Shown here piece after piece: positions 28,198-32,000 of a stretch of 32,000 nucleotides of DNA. The stretch is from NCBI RefSeq assembly GCF_900232105.1, contig NZ_LT934425.1, positions 2,250,001-2,282,000 on the forward strand, in the 5' to 3' direction. The stretch's first letter is position 1; each line of letters starts with the position of its first letter. The notes under the pieces are model-generated. The model did not search any database and was not told where the DNA came from. It saw only the letters and a program-made list of their open reading frames with translations. The position numbers and the translations under genes are program-made. Origin of the DNA: Candidatus Kuenenia stuttgartensis. GTDB lineage: Bacteria; Planctomycetota; Brocadiia; Brocadiales; Brocadiaceae.

Positions 28198-28846
28198 CCC
28201 GACAGAACCCATCAATAAGTATTTCCCGCTAAAACGTTGTAACTCCTAATTAGGAAACCTGTTTCCGGCGTACATCTTTCTGGCATACATTTCGCTCATT
28301 TATCACACCTGACGTCTGTTTAAATTGAGTTACCTATCCTGCCAATACTTTTGCGTTTGATATTTTATTGCGAATAAAATATATATATCCCGAAAAATAT
28401 CAATGTGAAGCGATTCTTCTTTGTTTTTGGCCGTACGAAAAAGCGGTAAGTTACAGACCAATACATTGAAGGCGTCATTGGTGCATATAGCGTAATAATT
28501 GGTGGAAATCATTTAGGAAACTGGCTGAAATCTTACGTTCGCTTCATGTGCATTTTATTTTTTGAAAGGAGAGTTTGTATTTTTTTATGAGAGATTTGTA
28601 TTCGATCTTTAAAACAATGTAACGGTGTAAGCATAAGGTGAATAGCATGGCGTATTTGTTATAACATGCTTCTTTATTCAGCTTATGCGGTAAAATGGCA
28701 AGGGAAAATGTTGAATGCGCGGCACACTTGATTTTTCTGGAATTTGCAGTAACAGTGATAATTGTGAAGAAATATCATTGTATTTGGGGAATTTGTAATC
28801 AAGAGCAGAAACCAATATTGTATATTTAAGAAAGGGGGACAAGCAA

Positions 28847-30607
28847 GTGATGAAAAAACTGACATTAGTATTGTATATTTTTTTTATTGGCCTCATAAGT
28901 TTTCTGTTTATAGAGGGAACAAAGGTTCATGCAAGTGCACTGTTTGAGGATGAATTTGATGGGAAATCTCTGGAAAATTCATGGATTATATTACGTGAAA
29001 ATCAAAGTGATATTAGTCTTACCGAAAGCCCGGGGCATTTAAGGATTATATCCAAGGCTGAAGACTTGTGGCAAATAAATGTTAACAACAAGATTAAACT
29101 CCTTCGCCGTGGACCACATGGCGATTTTGAAATAGTCGCCAGGTTAACGTATGATCCCAAAGAAAAGTTTCAGCAGGCAGGAATAATCCTATACGAGGAT
29201 GAGGAAAACTATGTAATGCTCACCCGCCAAAAAGATGACGCACAGCACGTCGTAATGAGCAGGTCTGTTTCTAAAACGGAAGGTGCGAAATCTGCCGCCA
29301 CATCATTGACAACGTTGTATTTAAAATTAACAAAGTCCGGGGAAAGTATTTCCGGCGCTTTCAGCACGAATGGAGAAACATGGACGACCGTAGATCACAT
29401 TTCCGGCTTACATTTTAAACATCCGCAGGTCGGCTTGGTAGGTTTTAACGCTCAACAAAAAACCACGGCCAATGCGGACTTTGATTTTTTTAAGATAAGT
29501 GCAATAGGCGGAGGGGTTGCTTCTGCAGTGGAGGAATTGCTCGAAGTAAATAAATACAACAAATCCATTCACGTTATGGCAATGTTGATGGTAGGTTTCG
29601 GATTTTTAATGGTCTACGTAAAAAGATATGGCTGGGGGGCTGCTACCGCCACCTATATTGCCGTGAGTTTTGTTATTCCTTACTACATGTACTTAAAATC
29701 AAAGGGGCTATTCGGAGAGGTAGCGGAATTTCAAATAGACCGTTTAATCCTCGCGGAATTCTGTGCGGCGTCCATGCTTATTGCAATGGGGGCATATTTG
29801 GGAAGATTAAAAATGTCTCAGTATATTATTGCGGCATTGTTGTTTGTTCCTTCCTATATGCTTAACGAATGGATTATGTTAGACGATGGAATGGGTTTGA
29901 TACCAAAGGGGAAGCTCATTGATACGGGCGGGTCGATAGTTATCCATCAGTTTGGTGCATATTTTGGATTGGGCGTAATAATAAGGATGACCACAAAGGA
30001 AGACTTCTCGAAAGGTATTGAGTCCGATAAGATAAGCAATCAGTATTCGATGCTTGGAAGTATGGTGCTGTGGATATTCTGGCCATCGTTTTGTGCGGCA
30101 GCCGCCGAGGCGTCACAAATGGTTACTGCGGCGATAAACACTATTCTTTCCTTATGTGCCGCAACAATTTCTACTTATCTTGCGACAACGTTGATTCGAA
30201 AGAAAATCGTTATTGAAGATATGGCAAATGCCGCACTTGCCGGCGGTGTGGCTATCGGTTCTTCTTGTGCTCATACAACGCCAAGGGCAGCGCTGATGCT
30301 AGGTTTCATAGCCGGTATTTTGAGTGTCATTGGCTTTGCACTCATACAACCACGGCTTCAGAAAATGATTAAGGGTATTGATACCTGCGGCGTTCATAAC
30401 CTTCATGGTATGCCTGGTATATTGGGTGGTCTGGCAGCAATTTTTATGGCAGGCAGCGCAGTGCCGGGATTGCAGATAAAGGGGGTTGTTATAACCTTTG
30501 TCGTGGCCATTATTACCGGGCTTGCAAGCGGGACGGTGGTTTCTCTGTTTGGCCACAGAAGAGATTCTTACAATGATGAAGAAGAATTTGTAGTGGAAGC
30601 CCACTAA
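28847..30607 (+). CDS. Rh-type ammonium channel with N-terminal signal peptide and DUF1349/LamG-like extracytoplasmic domain
   Basis: N-terminal half: ALFEDEFDGKSLENSWIILRE...HGDFEIVARLTYDPKEKFQQAGIILYEDEENYVMLTRQ. C-terminal half: Rh hallmarks TGGSIVIHQFGAYFGL and DTCGVHNLHGMPGILGGLAAI. Confidence 0.88.
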   Translation: MMKKLTLVLYIFFIGLISFLFIEGTKVHASALFEDEFDGKSLENSWIILRENQSDISLTESPGHLRIISKAEDLWQINVNNKIKLLRRGPHGDFEIVARLTYDPKEKFQQAGIILYEDEENYVMLTRQKDDAQHVVMSRSVSKTEGAKSAATSLTTLYLKLTKSGESISGAFSTNGETWTTVDHISGLHFKHPQVGLVGFNAQQKTTANADFDFFKISAIGGGVASAVEELLEVNKYNKSIHVMAMLMVGFGFLMVYVKRYGWGAATATYIAVSFVIPYYMYLKSKGLFGEVAEFQIDRLILAEFCAASMLIAMGAYLGRLKMSQYIIAALLFVPSYMLNEWIMLDDGMGLIPKGKLIDTGGSIVIHQFGAYFGLGVIIRMTTKEDFSKGIESDKISNQYSMLGSMVLWIFWPSFCAAAAEASQMVTAAINTILSLCAATISTYLATTLIRKKIVIEDMANAALAGGVAIGSSCAHTTPRAALMLGFIAGILSVIGFALIQPRLQKMIKGIDTCGVHNLHGMPGILGGLAAIFMAGSAVPGLQIKGVVITFVVAIITGLASGTVVSLFGHRRDSYNDEEEFVVEAH

Positions 30608-30636
30608 GAGTGCTGCCGGAGAAGATATATTTATAT

Positions 30637-30680
30637 AGACCTCCTGCGTTTAATAAAACGCAAGAGGTCTTTTATTTTTA
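30637..30680 (+). terminator. Putative intrinsic terminator downstream of the Rh gene
   Basis: AGACCTCcTGCGTTT-loop-AAACGCAaGAGGTCT followed by TTTATTTTTA. Confidence 0.8.
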
Positions 30681-30690
30681 AGGAAAACAT

Positions 30691-31701
30691 ATGAATAAAA
30701 TAATTGAATGTGTGCCTAATTTTAGCGAAGGAAAAGATCCCCGGAAAGTAGCAAAAATTGCAGATGCGGTTCAAAGGGTTAAGGGGGTGAAATTGCTGAA
30801 CGTCGAATCTGATCCGGACTATAACCGCACGGTAATTACCTTTGCGGGAGAGCCGGAAGCAGTAAGGGACGCTGCATTTTCTGCAATAGAAACGGCAGCG
30901 AACGTTATTGATATGACACTGCAAAAAGGGGAACATCCGCGTATTGGCGCAACAGATGTTTGCCCTTTTGTTCCCGTGGCAAACATTACCATGTCTGAAT
31001 GCGTTAAAATCGCACATTTATTAGGTAAGGATGTTGGAGAAAGGATTGGTATTCCCGTGTATCTTTACGCGGAGGCGGCAAATGTACCCCGACGTTATTT
31101 GCTCCCGGACATACGGAAAGGCGAATATGAAGGCCTTTCAAAAAAAATGAACGATGCGGAATGGCGGCCTGATTACGGCCCTTCAGTATTTAACGACCGT
31201 GTGAAAAAAACAGGCGCCACGGTGATTGGCGCGCGGGAATTTTTAATTGCTTACAATGTGAATCTTGATACTGACGATATTTCCGTTGCCAATACTATTT
31301 CAGGGATGATCCGGTCTTCGGGGAGAATGAAATTGAATGAAAAAGGGGAAAAGGAGCGTGTTGCCGGTACGCTGAAATTCGTTCAGGCAATGGGCGTGGA
31401 TTTAAAGGAATACAAAATTACTCAGGTATCCACCAACATCCTGAATTATAAAGTAACCCCGCCGCATGTTGTTTTTGAAGAGATAAAGAAACTTGCAAAC
31501 GTTTATGGCGTAAACGTCCGTGGCAGCGAGGTTATCGGCCTTATACCAAAAGGCGCTATTATTGAGGCAGGACGTTTTTATTCTTCGGAAGAAAATGAAC
31601 AAAACCTTGTCAACGTTGCAGTAGAAAAACTGGGATTAAGCCAGCTCAATAAATTTGTACCGGATAAAAAAGTTGTTGAGTATATGCTTGGACTGAATTG
31701 A
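30691..31701 (+). CDS. ftcD: Glutamate formimidoyltransferase
   Basis: IIECVPNFSEGKD, NVESDPDYNRTVITFAGEP, GEHPRIGATDVCPFVPVANITM. Confidence 0.93.
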   Translation: MNKIIECVPNFSEGKDPRKVAKIADAVQRVKGVKLLNVESDPDYNRTVITFAGEPEAVRDAAFSAIETAANVIDMTLQKGEHPRIGATDVCPFVPVANITMSECVKIAHLLGKDVGERIGIPVYLYAEAANVPRRYLLPDIRKGEYEGLSKKMNDAEWRPDYGPSVFNDRVKKTGATVIGAREFLIAYNVNLDTDDISVANTISGMIRSSGRMKLNEKGEKERVAGTLKFVQAMGVDLKEYKITQVSTNILNYKVTPPHVVFEEIKKLANVYGVNVRGSEVIGLIPKGAIIEAGRFYSSEENEQNLVNVAVEKLGLSQLNKFVPDKKVVEYMLGLN

Positions 31702-31778
31702 TAATTGATACACCGATGGATTTCGCCTGCACAAAAATAGGGATGGGCAGGCCTCTTTCGGCAAAGAGCCTGGAATTA

Positions 31779-32000
31779 TCAGACAAGATATGCGTCGATT
31801 TCTTCTTTATTGAAACCATACAATATCTTATCTTCATTAACAACGACAATGGGAAGTTTGTCGAGAGATTCTATGTCATCAGTGCCAACAATTCTTATCG
31901 CATCTTTCCTTGCGTCTTCATCCTTGTCTATATCGTAGGAAATGTAATCTGCATTTCTCTTGTTTAAGTATGCAAGCAATTGATTACATTTCGGGCAAAA
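31779..32000 (-). CDS. Glutaredoxin-like protein (5' truncated by window)
   Basis: Frame stays open to the window end, reading FCPKCNQLLAYLNKRNADYISYDIDKDEDARKD...LPIVVVNEDKILYGFNKEEIDAYL. Confidence 0.8.
   Translation of the reverse strand, partial: FCPKCNQLLAYLNKRNADYISYDIDKDEDARKDAIRIVGTDDIESLDKLPIVVVNEDKILYGFNKEEIDAYLV

Noticed and set aside
1-32000. tRNA, rRNA or prophage genes
   Set aside because: No cloverleaf-like or rRNA-like segments and no phage structural or integrase-like proteins were recognised by eye. A tRNAscan or Rfam run would be needed to exclude small RNAs.

Overview
This 32 kb window probably comes from an anammox-type planctomycete related to Kuenenia or Brocadia. That placement is inferred from gene content and composition and has not been searched. 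Positions 1-8.8 kb are mostly core metabolism on the + strand: coaD, a YmdB-like phosphodiesterase, xseA/xseB, dxs, NAD kinase, and a four-subunit 2-oxoacid:ferredoxin oxidoreductase. Next come a TetR regulator with a DinB-like protein, a divergent two-gene GTPase cassette, and a PEGA / CsgG-like / COG3014-like / YcfL-like / LpoB-like envelope cluster. After that are an NtrC-type two-component pair, a pyruvate-kinase-C-like/MoeB-like pair, and a frameshifted DUF362-like gene. The last third holds a cupin lipoprotein with about five SHOCT-like repeats, a 518-aa protein of unknown function between foldback repeats, an Rh-type ammonium channel fused to an N-terminal LamG/DUF1349-like domain, ftcD, and a glutaredoxin-like fragment. 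The strongest leads are: (1) the 518-aa ORF bracketed by near-identical 24-bp inverted repeats that belong to a dispersed family of at least 8 copies and form MITE-like foldback elements; (2) the sensor-like domain/Rh channel fusion; (3) the coupled GTPase/partner cassette; (4) the cupin-SHOCT array protein; (5) a TetR autoregulatory promoter with a probable leaderless transcript. All family calls are by eye from sequence; no database search was run.
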